DNA from: Moniliella sp. 'wahieum'
Lineage: Eukaryota
DNA length: 64,000 nucleotides
Reading direction: 5' to 3'
Assembly (NCBI GenBank): GCA_003971905.1
Contig: RSEE01000057.1
Coordinates: 1-64,000, forward strand
Shown: piece by piece, positions 1 to 12,110 of the stretch
Layout: the number at the start of each line of letters is the position of its first letter
Position numbering within the stretch: the stretch's first letter is position 1
Notes under the pieces: model-generated
Seen by the model: the letters and a program-made list of their open reading frames with translations, nothing else
Told to the model about the DNA's origin: nothing
Databases searched by the model: none
Made by a program: the position numbers and the translations under genes

Positions 1-20
1 CCCTAACCTAACCCTAACCC
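1..20. repeat. Telomeric repeat tract (CCCTAA)n, left chromosome end
   Basis: Window starts ccctaa-cctaa-ccctaa-ccc, the C-rich strand of TTAGGG telomeres. Only about 3.5 units are visible. Confidence 0.8.
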
Positions 21-1391
21 AGGGAAAGTGTTGGAAGCTGAAGAAGAGTCTTTACGGTCTACATCAAAGCGGAGCTAAATTTGGTGACTGGCTACGTACC
101 TTTCTCTGTGGTCGACTTGGGTTTACCAGTCTCAAGTCAGAGCCGTGTATCTTCCTTCGTCATACCGATTCCTTGAACCTCATTCTTTTGGCGATCCACA
201 TGACGATTTCCTTGTTGCTTGCCGCTCGGAGGAAATTTACGATTGCTTCCTTGTCGAGCTTCGACGCCATATTGAGATTAAATCCAATGGCCCCTTCGTT
301 TCCACCTCGGATGCCAGTACGACCGCATTAATGGCTGTCTCTATGTGAGCCAGCCAAAATTCATTGCTGAAACGCTTGCTACTCACGACATGACTCACGA
401 CCATCCTCGACGTCTCCCGCTCAGCCATACCCTTCCCTCTTCCCAACGCCCCGAACACGAATCACGTTCGACGCGCGACGACAATCACGTCTACCGCTCT
501 ATGGTTGGGTCCGCTATGTGGTCGGGCGCATGTCACGCCCGGACACATTATTTGCCGCAACCTTTTTGGCTCGTTTCCTGGATGATCCTTCTCGAGCCCA
601 TCGTGACGCTGCCGTTGGCTTGTTGCGATACCTGAAGGGTACTGCTGACCATTCTCTCCGCTTAACACCTGACCGCGCAAGACCCCTCCTTGAACTACAT
701 ACGGATGCTTCTTTTGCTTCGGACAAGCGCTGCTCGCGGTCTGTTTCCGGGTACGTTGTGTTTGTGTATGGTGTGCCTGTCTCGTGGAATACCAAGACAC
801 AGAACCAAGGGGTGAGCAACACAGCCGCTTCCGAATACTTGGCCATGGGTGATGGTTTGCGCGATGCACTCTTTGTGCGCAATATTCTTTTTGAGCTGGG
901 TATTTGTTCTGCTACACACCCAATTCAGCTTTGTGGACAATACTGCAGCCAAGGCTCTTGCCGAGAGCTTGGCAGCCTGGGTAAGATCCGCGAGATCGAT
1001 GTTTGGTACCACGAGGTGCGAGAACGCATCCATTGTGGCGAGCTTGTCGTTCATCATGTCCCGGGCGTGGATCATTTATCTGATTGGTTCACCAAACCTG
1101 TGGTCTTCCCAAACTCCTTTCCACATCTCAACAATTCGATTTGGCTCCCCTTTCTTCTCGTTTGGTTTCATTAACGTGTTTTGGCCTACGAGTTTCCTTT
1201 GGTCCCTTGGCCCGGGGGGGTGTTGAGCCATCAGGTGGCTCGTGCTTTGGCCAATGTCCCTTCAGTTCTCCTCAGGCCTAGGAGTTTCCGTTGTTTTTTC
1301 TCTCCTGTTTTTCCTTGTTCCGCAGCTTAGCCCCTGGTGGCGACTCGCTGCTTGATGTTCCTCTGTACGCGTTGCTGGTTGGCTTACAACA
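21..1391 (+). mobile_element. 5'-truncated Ty1/copia LTR retrotransposon, family A (RT C-terminal half, RNase H, 3' LTR)
   Basis: From nt 23 reads GKCWKLKKSLYGLHQSGA..EPCIF..LLAIH-DDFLV. RNase H motifs LELHTDASFASD..RSVSG..VSW..AASEY..DVWYH..DWFTKP. G-run PPT at about 1214-1220. Several frameshifts. Confidence 0.92.
1221..1391 (+). repeat. 3' LTR of copia family A (about 171 bp)
   Basis: Begins TGTTG right after the G-run PPT and ends CAACA (5-bp terminal inverted repeat). No second copy in the window to confirm the end. Confidence 0.7.
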
Positions 1392-2325
1392 CCACCACCA
1401 CCACTAGTGCGATTGCATCACCTCGAGGACCATCTGGACTTCAGGTCTCATCAAGGTGGAGGTGGTGGAAGTCAGAGCCAGCAGGCAACAACAGGCTTGC
1501 ACACGAAGAGATAGTATATTAGGTAGGATCTTCGTATTAGTGATGCAAGATGCGAGGGTTAGCCAGGTTACACACACGTTGCTCTATCGACCATGTATAC
1601 TGGTAGTTTTGCCAAGGTCAACGGAAGAGATTGGTCATGTATCAACCATCGAAGTGGTTTGGTCTGGCAGATATGAAAAGTTGAAGAGGGTTGGTAAGTC
1701 AAATTCGTGAAAGGAGCCGGTTATCGGGGCTCATTTTTAAGTTCCCCATCCCTTCCGGAAGTATATTTGAGCAGCAGAAGCGTACGTTCTTGTGTAGTAG
1801 GCTGGGAGAGGACATCCCCCACGCCTCAGCCACTTCGAACAACTATTTCGAAACGCGTCAAGAGTTTGACCCCCTCCCCCTATCGGGGCTCATTTTTTTG
1901 TTCATACCCCTGCGAGTGTGGTGTTGAAGAGGATGCACGAGATCAGATGAGGAGCGCAAATAAAATGACCCGAACTCACCAAACTACCGCCCTTACAAGA
2001 CCGACATTAAACAAGGGGAGGTTAACACTTAGACCGCGGGCGAGAAGCGTAGCAAGAGGCAAGATGATAATTCCACCTGGCGTCTGCAGAGCAACAAAAA
2101 ACGATGACACGATCAAAGATAAAGCTGGAAGCTGGAAGTCTGGACCAGTCCCAGTGAAAATTGGATTTGGACAATGACATTGAAAGATGCGTGCGGGAGG
2201 AGGGGGGGAGAGATTGCCAGTGACCAGTTACCGGGTACCGGTTACCGATTCCCGCTCATGAGAAAAGGCTATGCCCAAGCGGGCACAGAACACAAAGAAC
2301 CAAACCGATCGTGTCATGTTGACCC

Positions 2326-3204
2326 TCACAGGAGGGCCGCAGCGGCCATGCCGCCACGCCGGCCAGCGCAGCCGAGACGACACGGACCGAGCCGGCGGAA
2401 GACTTGGAGGAGGTGGGTTGAAGCGGCAGCGGGACTGGCCGACTCCATAGCCGAGGAGCTCTCCGAGTGCACAGCGGGGGAAGAGGCAACGGCAGCGGCG
2501 GAGGAGGACACGACAGCGTGCGTCGGCACAGCAGCGGCGAAGAGCTGGAGCTAGAGCTGGAGCTGGAGCTCGGCTGCTCAGCCGCCGACGAAGGGTGGTG
2601 GTGGTGGTGGTGGGTGGGGGCAGGCGCGGGCGAAGAGTCCGAGTCGGAGCCCGAGTCGGAGCCCGAGCCCGAGCCAGAGTCGGAGCCAGAGCCAGAACCC
2701 GAGTCAGAGCCAGAGCCAGAGTTCGAGCTGGAGTGGTGGGGGTGAGAGTGGGAGTGGGAGTGGGAACCCGAGCCCGAGCCCGAGCTCGGGCTCTGGCCGG
2801 CAATGATGCTGGGCGAACCGCCCGACTGGCCAAGGGCGCCAGTGGCGTCCGTCACATCGAACTGGATGGACTTGCCGGCCAAGTCGGCGGGGGGCTTGTA
2901 GGTGAACGGCGAGGTGGCCGGGGTGACTGTCTTGATCACGCCGGTCTGGGCACCGTTCTGTCAAGGGCCAGGCGAAGTCAGTAGGGGGGCAGGACAACAA
3001 ACAGCATGGCAGAGGCAAGGGCAAGGGGAGAGAGACGGACAGCAAGGTGTTGATGACCAGGGTGAAGGGAGCCTGGCCGCCGGACCACTTGATCTGCATG
3101 GGCACGCCCGTGATGAGGGTGGTGGGGGGGGTGACGACGGAGGGCCCGGCAGCCAGGACGGCGGCGGCGGCGGCGAGAAGGGTGAGGAGGTGGAAGAGCT
3201 GCAT
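2326..3204 (-). CDS. Secreted, predicted GPI-anchored Ser/Gly/His-rich cell-surface protein (Ser-Thr-rich GPI/Kre9-like N-terminal domain)
   Basis: Signal peptide MQLFHLLTLLAAAAAVLA; domain ..QIKWSGGQAPFTLVI..FTYKPPADL..IQFDVTDATG; intron about 2958-3040; SGSG/HSHS linker; C-terminus SSKSSAGSVRVVSAALAGVA-MAAAALL* after frameshift correction. Confidence 0.8.
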
Positions 3205-4916
3205 GGCGGAGGCAAAAGAGAGTGACAAGGGTGGGTTGTAGCAGCCAAAGGAGCGGGCAGGGGGTGGAGGGAGGCGAGAAGGAGTCGGCGGCTGCCGGGT
3301 GGATGGGCGGTGGCCAGCGTTTATAAGCGGTGGGCAGCTGGGGGCAGCCGGGGGCAGCACGGGGGCAGCCGAGCAGCGGCCGAGCAGCCGTGCAGCAGCA
3401 CTGCGCTGGTGCCAGGCACGCGGGCGGGCCGAACAGGGATGCCATGCCGGCCGGATCGCCGCCTCGCACCAGCCCAGTGCCACCGCCCCCTCACGGCGCT
3501 GCACAGAGGCAGCCACGCGCCTCGCAGGAACACCCACGTCCACACTGGCGGTGTGCGTCTTCCCACCGCGCCGATCACACAGCCCGCGTGCGGCGCACCA
3601 AGCAGTGCAGCGGTTTAGTTTTAAAGGGCAACCCACCCCAAACACTGCCAGCAGCGCCCAGACTCAGCGCAGACGCGCTCAGGCCTCAGGGTTTTCTTGC
3701 GCCCACCAACAAACGACACTGGCGCGCTCTCCCATATCACAGAAGCGCCGCGGCTCCATCCAGGCTCTCGCAGATCGGCAGGTGATCTAGGGATCCACCT
3801 CCAAACGTCTTTGCAGCTCACCGCCGGCGACCGGCATGCCATCCTCCACTCCCTCCCAGAGAACTCTAGCGCCAATAGTATCTCAGTATCGGGCTGCTCT
3901 TCACAGAGCCCTCTGTGACCGACCCAACCCATCCATGTGCATTCGTGGCAAGCGAATCGCCAGTGGGTAGAGTGACTCATCACAGTGACCGCAGTGACTA
4001 GTGGCTAGCGACTAGTGACGAGCTGACTACCCAGTCGCTGAGATCTGACCTGTGGCTAGCCACAAGCAGGCCACAGCAGGCCGCAGCCCGGCCATCTGCC
4101 GAGTGGCCGCATGGCTATTACGTGCCTGTAAAGTGCACACCCACATGGGCTACATCCTTGCCTCCCCTTCGTTGCGCGTTACGCGATACGCACACGGTAC
4201 GCGTTACATGTTATTGCGCCTTGCGCGTTACGCCCACCGACAGCAACTAGGATACCCGTCCCTGCTGCCAGGCACTGCTGCCGCCCATCCGAAGCAGACT
4301 GACGCTCTGGCATTCGAATTTCTCATGTCCAGCCCACCGCCGCCACACCCACCCACCGCACTCGCATACAGGAACCGTCAGAACAACGCGCAGGAACGAA
4401 AACTGCACGCGATTGGCCAAACCATTATCCTTGTGCGAGGCGGCCCCGTTCCGCCTCTGCCCCCCCCCTTCCTGTTGCGCCTCGGGCTGCCTTCCCCTGA
4501 TTGTATCCACACCACCTCCTTTGCCTTGATCGCCTGCCACTGCCACAATCCTACTCGGGTGTCCCCCCTTGATGCTTGTAGCTTGAAGCTTGAAGCTTGA
4601 TTGATGGTCGATCAATGATCGATGATCAGCCTCTGCCTCAGCCTCAGCCTCAGCCTCAATCGCGTAGCAGCTCCCCGCCCAGTGACATGCTAGTGACATG
4701 CCATGTGACATGTGACATGCACCCGCAATCCCACTTTGCAATATCAAGCGCCCCCGTCCAAGGCGGAACCCCCCTCCGGCGGGCGGAATGGAAGCGGCAA
4801 TGTTCATTTAATTTTTTCGTTAGCTGCGGCGCCTGGCATGCCCGCTGCCCGCTGCCAACACCACATTCCCTCCGCCCCACTCTAACTCGAGCCTGTCCGC
4901 TCTGCCCTCTGCTCCT

Positions 4917-5668
4917 ATGGTCCGCGCTTGGCCCAACATTGTCGTCACCGGCACGCCCGGCACGGGAAAGTCCACGCTTGCCTCGCTCTTGGCCGAGGGG
5001 GACGGGGAGCGCGCTGTCGGGTGCCGTGTCGCCTCACTTGACCCACATCAACGTCTCGTCCCTCGTACGAGCGCGCAAGGACTTGCAAGTCAGCTACGAT
5101 GCCGAGTGGGACGCATACGAGCCGGACGAGGATACATTGTTGGATGAGTTGGAGCCCCAAAGCGGAGGCTCGGCCCCCGACGTGTCTGACCACGCCCCGC
5201 TGACGCACAGGGCGGCGGACTGGTCTTGGACTGGCACACCAACGAGGTCTGGCCCGAACGATGGGTGGATTTGGTGGTGGTGTTGCGCACCGAGCACGGC
5301 CGGTGTGTGGGAACGGCTGGAAGAAACGGTACGTAGGAGGTTCTGGTTCGGAGACGGTGGCAGGGCGAGGAGTAGGGAACGTGCAAGGGAACTCCACTGA
5401 ACTCAATTGACCTTTTCTTCCATCCCTCTTGGTGGTGCCAATGACGTTTGGCTGGCACAGCGGCTACGCACCCAACAAGATCCAAGAAAACAACGAGGCT
5501 GAGATTCTGCAGACGGTGCTGGAAGAGGCTCGGGCTGCATATCCAGCCGAAGCGATTGTCGAGTTGCCCAGCGACACGTCCGAACAGCTGGAAGAAAATG
5601 CGGATCGGATCTTGCAGTGGATCGTACAGTGGCGCCGCCAACGTGGCTTCCCCGAACTACAAGAGTAA
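4917..5668 (+). CDS. FAP7: Adenylate kinase isoenzyme 6 homolog (Fap7/AK6, 40S maturation)
   Basis: PNIVVTGTPGTGKST P-loop, YDAEWD..DEDTLLDELE, WPERWVDLVVVLRT, GYAPNKIQENNEAEILQ. Intron 5329-5460. Frameshifted in this assembly. Confidence 0.9.
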
Positions 5669-6770
5669 CTCCTACCTTGCAATGATACAATCAATCTGGC
5701 GAGATATACTTTTCGCGGTACTTCCCTCCATTTCCCCCCATCTGTCTCTTCCAGCCCAAACAGTGGAATGATTGTAGGCCAGAATTGGTCGCGATGCGGC
5801 TCTCGGGATGGAACTGTTTACCGGCACAAGGTAGCGTCTGCATGTCGATGCTCTTGAAGCGCCTTCATAGCTGCATGTTGGGCAGCGACTGGGACGGCAT
5901 CGGTTGCGTCTACTATGCGCAGGAGGTGGAGGAACAGTGGGCAGCAGCGGTCACCTTTTTTATTGGTCCTGGCTGGAATGACGGTTGTTGGACCAGAAGG
6001 GATTCTATTAGTTGCTTGATTTGTTCATACGAAGTGCGGTGCCCGACACAACTAGCAACTCCTTATGCGAGCGGCTGTAGTCAAAGCCATCATTCGCGAG
6101 GGAACACCATCGTTTCTGCTGCCATAGCTGCCGCTAGTATACCCACCGTAGTAGGGCCGCGGGATCGGCCACACACACTACCTCCAACCCTGGTCTAGTA
6201 CCGCCCTCATCCCTTTCTAGTACCCGATTTTGCACCAGTCGTGCTACTAGGGGCATGCCGCGGCCAAGCGAGAGGTAAAAGTGGGGGGGGAAACATGTGT
6301 TGATTATTCCTAAGACTACTGAGATACTACACTAATGCAGCCTACCGCGCGCAGCAGCACCGACACATCGACGTATCGAGGGGGGCAAAGAAAACAGTGC
6401 ATAGAACACATGGATTTTGGCAAGAACCAGTGCACGCCCACCACACCAAAAGCGGGGAGCGCCCCGACCAAGCCACATTACAGACTGAACAAGACACCCA
6501 GTCCTTTTTGGCATGAGGGGAAGAGGGGGAAGAGAGGGAGGGAAAGGAAAACGAAATCCCCCAGCAAGACCACCCGATGCAAGCCGGATCGATGTGTGGG
6601 ATGCCGTTCTATGCGTGTGATTGGGATTGTTGTCCAAAGACAGCCCACCCGCCTTGACTGCCATTGCACGCTCCCCCCTCCTATCCCAGGCCCAATCCTA
6701 CGCTCCGATCCCAAGCCGACGCTCACGCCCAGGCCCAGGCGACCAAGGAATGAGCACAGGGACGAGACGG

Positions 6771-7289
6771 TTAATAGAACGTCTTGGGCCGGTTCGCAGC
6801 AAAGACACCCTTGGCCGACGACTGGTGGGGCAGGGGGAACTTGAGGTGGGCTGGGCTGGATGAGCTTGATGTACGGGCGACGCACGTCGGCCGCCTTCTC
6901 AATCTCGGCAATCTTCAGAATGTGGATCGAGGCAAAGCGAGCACGATGACGAGCAGCCATGTCCTGGTACATGTTCTCCACCGCCTCGGCACGGGAGAGA
7001 GAACGGTACTCCTTGTACATGTTGTGGGTGCCGGAGCGCGAGTTGTACCGCAGCCACACACCAAAGTTCTTCACCTGAGCGGCTTGGCCTCGGCAATCGC
7101 ATGCACCGCCACAATCTCGCCGGTCGACTTCTTCATCTTACGCAGTGACGAAACGAGAAGTACCAGAAGCGCGACTTGGCCACCACCGAGTTGGGCGCAA
7201 AGATGCGCATGCGGTACAGCTTGGGCGTAGGCTCCTTCTCGGTCGGAAGGTGGCGGCACGACCACGAGGTACTCAGTGAAGCGGGACAT
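6771..7289 (-). CDS. RPL20: 60S ribosomal protein L20 (eL20/L18a)
   Basis: [95 protein letters not shown]. Confidence 0.96.
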
Positions 7290-7731
7290 GGGGGAAATCT
7301 GTAGCCGCCAGCACGCCGCCACACAGCGAAGCATCCAGCGTCAGTGCCCCGGCCTGCGGGCCCGTCTGGGACGGGGAGGGGAGAGGGAGGGACCAGACTC
7401 ACACGAAAGGACCACACGGGCGTTGGAAGCGGTGGGGGACAGCGTCGCCGATCTGCTGTGGGCCGACTGATGGGCGGGGGCCGCATGGGCCGGGCAGGCG
7501 GGCGGGGGGATGACATACCTAGGGTTGCGTGCTGCACAGGCGCCGTGCGCTGGCTGGGGATTTATTGCGCCGCAGCTGGCCCTCTGGCGCGGCGGGGGCA
7601 CTGAACATTGAAACGATGGCGGGCTGCGTGTTGAAATTGCACTGCTGCCGGCCGGGGGGACGAAGCGCCGCCACCACTACTTGGCTGCCGAGACGCTGCC
7701 TGCCGTGTCTGCCCCGCCCGCTGCGCCCGCC

Positions 7732-8165
7732 ATGCCCGCGACGCCGCGTTTGCCACCGCCGCCTCCCACCGGCGTACCGCACGTCGGCCCCACGTGCGAG
7801 GCGCACCCCAAGCAGGCCGCCGCGCTGTGGCAGGCGTACTGCGACCTGACCTACGCTGCCTCCTGGTCCGACCTTGCGCCGCTGGAGACCGCGTGCCCCT
7901 GGGCGCTTGTTGGCCGGCACGCCTCCCCCTCCACTCGTCGGCGCGCCCGCCACGTCGTCTGCGTCTCCTTCCTCCTCCTCCTCTAAGCCCACTGCCATCT
8001 TCCCCGTCGACATGGCTGCTGTCCTTTCGCCCAGGGACTTGAGCAGTGTGTTTGCCGCGCTCCGGACACAGTCGAGTCCGACACGATCTTGCTAGCTGTC
8101 GTATCGAACGACAGTACGGTGGTCTACTACAAGCTGGCCCGAGGCTTGTCAAGCCGGTCAACTAG
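7732..8165 (+). CDS. SEN15: tRNA-splicing endonuclease subunit Sen15-like
   Basis: LWQAYCDLTYAASWSDL N-terminal motif, IFPVDM..LSPRDLSSVF, and the C-terminal Sen15 signature LAVVSNDSTVVYYKL..GL. Needs frameshift correction. Confidence 0.75.
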
Positions 8166-8874
8166 TCTCTCTTCCTCTGCCGCTGGTTTCTCGAGTCTCC
8201 CGCGTCGTCGCATGCGCACTGCACTTCTTTCGAGCAATATAACCCCCCACAACTCCTTGTCTGGTCGGGCGGCATGGATGTGTGCGATTGATCTAATGTA
8301 GAGAGCGGAGGGGCGTGTGAGCCGATGCGGGCGGTCTATACCGAAATAGCCCCACAGCTGCCCCAGTCACTAGTCACCGACGACGAAGACGGAGGAATGC
8401 GGTCGCGGTTTCTCCTCAGCCTGAGGGCTGATCGATGATCCCTGATCGGGATGGATGATCCACTGGGCCAACGGCCTGCTCCCACCAGGGGAGTGGGCGC
8501 CGGGGTGTAGGTGGCCGTAGGGCAGAAGTATGTACCAGAGGTGGACCAGAGCCCAGATCCAGGAGCTAGAGAGGTCGTGGTCGGCCGGCGCGGGGGCGGC
8601 CTGGTGTGTCGGCAGGGGGTTCTTCCTGGTGGACCTATTCCAGTGCCCCCGCCGCGAGATCTACGCCAACGAGCCACAGTGCGCCTGCGCCCCGCCCCTC
8701 CTGCTCGGCACCCGCCCAGTGTGTGTGGCGCCTGGCGGGGCGAGCAAGTGTATCCTATAAAGAGGAGGCGTAGGGGCGTTGATGCGGGCAGAGAGACACC
8801 CACGTTTGCTGCTCTTCAGTCCCCCACCTTTACCACACCCCCACCTTCCTTTGCCCCCTTCGCTTGCTACCCTG

Positions 8875-10426
8875 ATGCTCCTCCGCACGCCGTCGTGGTT
8901 GGCGGTGGCCTGGCCGGCCTGGCCGCTTCGCTCTCGCTCCTGGACAATGGCGCCAACGTCCTCCTCTTGGAAAAGTACACCTGGGGCGGCAACTCAGAGA
9001 AGGCCACCTCGGGCCTCAACGCTGCTCCCACCCAACTGCAGGCCCAGCTGGGCGTCAACGATTCGGCGGCTCTCTTCTACAACGACACGTACGCTTCTGC
9101 CGGCTCGCTGGCCAATGGCCCGCTGATTCACACCCTCACCTACCAGTCGGCCGAAACCATCGACTGGCTCGAGTCCAGCTTCAATGTTACCTTTGACAAG
9201 CTCAGCATCATGGGAGGCCAGAGCGTCGCACGCACCCACCGTGGCGATGGTGCGCCGGGTGCCACCATCCTGACGGCCTGTTGGACAAGGCACAAAACAT
9301 CTCCAAGGAACACCCCAACCGGCTCCAACTTCTTACACAAGCAAACGTTACTCGGTAGGTTCGGTGACGGGATGGACATATCTGTCCCTCAATCGTTTCT
9401 TTTGTATACCTTAACCCCTCCACCCGGACTAACCTCCTTTTTCTTTTCAGCATTCTCACTCAGGACGACAAGGTTACCGGCGTTGAATACACCCATGGTG
9501 GTCATTCCAAGATTGCCAAGGGACCCGTGATTATCGCCACTGGAGGGTACGCTGCTGACTTTACCAAGGAATCGCTTTTGAAGGAATACCGCCCTGATCT
9601 GATCAACTTGCCTACGACGAATGGAAATGGGAGCGAAGGGTACGGTCATCGGATGGTGCGCGAGATTGGGGGTGCCCTGACGGAGCTAAAGGAGATTCAA
9701 GTGCACCCAACGGCGCTGGTCAATCAGTCGGATCCTAATGCCAAGACCAAGTTTTTGGCGGCCGAGGCCATGCGGGGCACGGGCGCCGTCATGTTTGACA
9801 GCACCGGCAAACGCTTTGTGGATGAGCTGCAGAAACGGTCCGTGGTCAGTGACACAATGTTCAAGCACAACAAGTTCCCCTACTGGCAGATTCTCAATGG
9901 CGATGCAGGCAAGCAATTGTCCTTTTACACGGGCTTTTACCAGAGCATGGGGCTCATGTTCAATGCGTCCACCATTGCGGGCACAGCCAAGTTGATGAAC
10001 GTGAGCGAAAGCACGCTCAAGTCCCAATTCAAAAAGTACGTCAACATTGCCGAGGGTCATGCCAAGGACCCGTATGGCCGCACCGACTTTGTCAACTACA
10101 ACCTGCTCAAAGGACCGTGGTACGTTGCGCAGGTCACTCCGGCCTTGCACTACACCATGGGCGGCATCAAGATCGACGAGAAGAGCCGTGTGCTGAGTGA
10201 CGACGGAGAGGACGGGGAGGTGATTCCCGGGTTGTTCGCAGCGGGCGAGGCGGCCGGTGGGGTGCACGGTGTCAACCGCTTGGGTGGCTCGGGACTGTTG
10301 ACTTGCCTTGTCTTTGGCCGCCAGGCCGCTACCAGCACAGCCGCCTACCTCTTGGAACAACTGTCGTCCAACCCGATTTCCTCCTTGGGCTCGCACCGTC
10401 GCGCTCTTGGTCCTGCGCGGCTCTAA
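8875..10426 (+). CDS. Soluble FAD-dependent fumarate reductase (Osm1/Frd1, FAD_binding_2 family)
   Basis: VVVGGGLAGL..LLEK..GGNSEKATSGLN, GGQSVARTHR, IIATGGY, IQVHPT, AAEAMRG.G, RFVDEL..R, LHYTMGGI, PGLFAAGEAAGGVHGVNRLGGSGL. Intron 9355-9450; TATAAAA at about 8756. Start codon uncertain (8782 or 8875). Confidence 0.9.
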
Positions 10427-12110
10427 TGGCCATATGGGGACCAGGTGACATCGGAACCTGCGTGCCAGTGTCTCCCATTTGTTTTTCTTCTCTGGCCTTC
10501 CCACCCTTTTTGTGTACCCGTTCGTTTCCTCCTTGACGACCCTTACGACCTTTGATTGATTTTTTGCACGACCCACCCGACACCTGCCCGGCCGAATCGT
10601 CGGCATGTGCTGTAACACGACGAGTCCACTTCTCCGCGAGAGCCAGGTCTTTCCACATATAGGTGTACTATAGCAATATAGTAGTCATCGACCTGCATAA
10701 TGCAGCCCTCGCGCCTGTGGTATCTCCTGTGCATCTTGTCATCCCCATTGTAGGTATTTTGTCAATCGCGAGAGCTTTGGCCGATTATTGGGATAGGTCA
10801 GAACAAGGGTCATTGCCAGTCTCCATTATCTCTTCTTCCTCTGTTCCACACTCTCGAAGAGGAAGGTACAAAAGGGGAAGCTTGGACCTTGGACCGGCTC
10901 CCGTTCTCCTTGTTGGTCCGGTGGAATCCCCGCACGTTCGAATGGGTCGCTGCTGTATACTTGCCTTTTGGATCGTTTGCAATCATCCGCCTCTTCGTTC
11001 AACTGCCAAGAGACAGGATCATCCCGATCAAACTGTCTTGTTGTGCTGACGGAGCGGGGGCAACGGGTAACTGGTAATGCATAACGGTCCATTACTGGCT
11101 CTGTTTGTCAGGCCAGGACGATGGTGGCCTACTCAACAGCCGACTTGCAAATCCCCTGTCTCGGACAGGCCCTTGATGGCCTCCTCGTCTAGCCCCGACT
11201 GCTTTACAGCGCCACATCACAGGATGATCGATTCGATGATTGATGATATCTTCGCTTGAGGCGACGCGCCACGTGATGGGACAGGCCGAGGCGCTCGGTA
11301 GGATTGCGTAATCTTTGTTCCCACGTGGCTGCGGTTGGCTCGCATGCCACATGTCACATGTCATATGCACACTCCCATCGCGTGAGGCCACCGAGCGGGG
11401 GCGGCCACATCCAGGGCGTGCGCTGGTAGCTTTCAAGGAGCGGCGGCCACGGCGCGTGGGGTATCGGAGGGTATGGGATGGGAGGGGGTGGCACTCGCAG
11501 ACGGATCTGCCAGGACCCAGGGCGCACAGGGAACAGGGTAGAACAGTGCTCGATTGGTGGAGGAGAGATGGTCGATGGGGTGCTGATGGTGATCATGCAT
11601 CATGCATCCTCTGATTGTTGTCTGTGTTTGCCGGACGCTGCTCCGGAGATTGTTAATGATTGTTGCAGCGTGCGAGTCAAACTGCGTCTCAGGAGCACGG
11701 GATGGATGATCGATGAGATTGAGACTCAGTCGGAGTACTCCGACTGCGTTGCCATGGCGCGTTCCGAGCGCTGATCGGGCTGGCCAGTGACTAGTGATGG
11801 GTAAATATTAAATCGAGAATTATCCGATGGCCATGCTGGTTAATTGATTGGCGATTGGCGATTCGATTACTCGATTATCGCGGCTATCGCCGCCCCAGCA
11901 GGGTAGGGTTGCTCAAGTGGGGCAAGCCAGAGCCGCCTGGTGGCAAAGTGGTCAAGGGCGGCAGGGGGGCAGTGTTGCGCGCGACCCTTCTGCCGGGCCC
12001 ATCGGGCCGGAGGAACTTTTTTTGGTTGGGTGTCCGCCGCCACCGTCCCGTCATCCCAGCCGACGCCTCTCGACGGCAGCCCAAGCAGGCCGCAACTCGC
12101 ATCGCCCACC

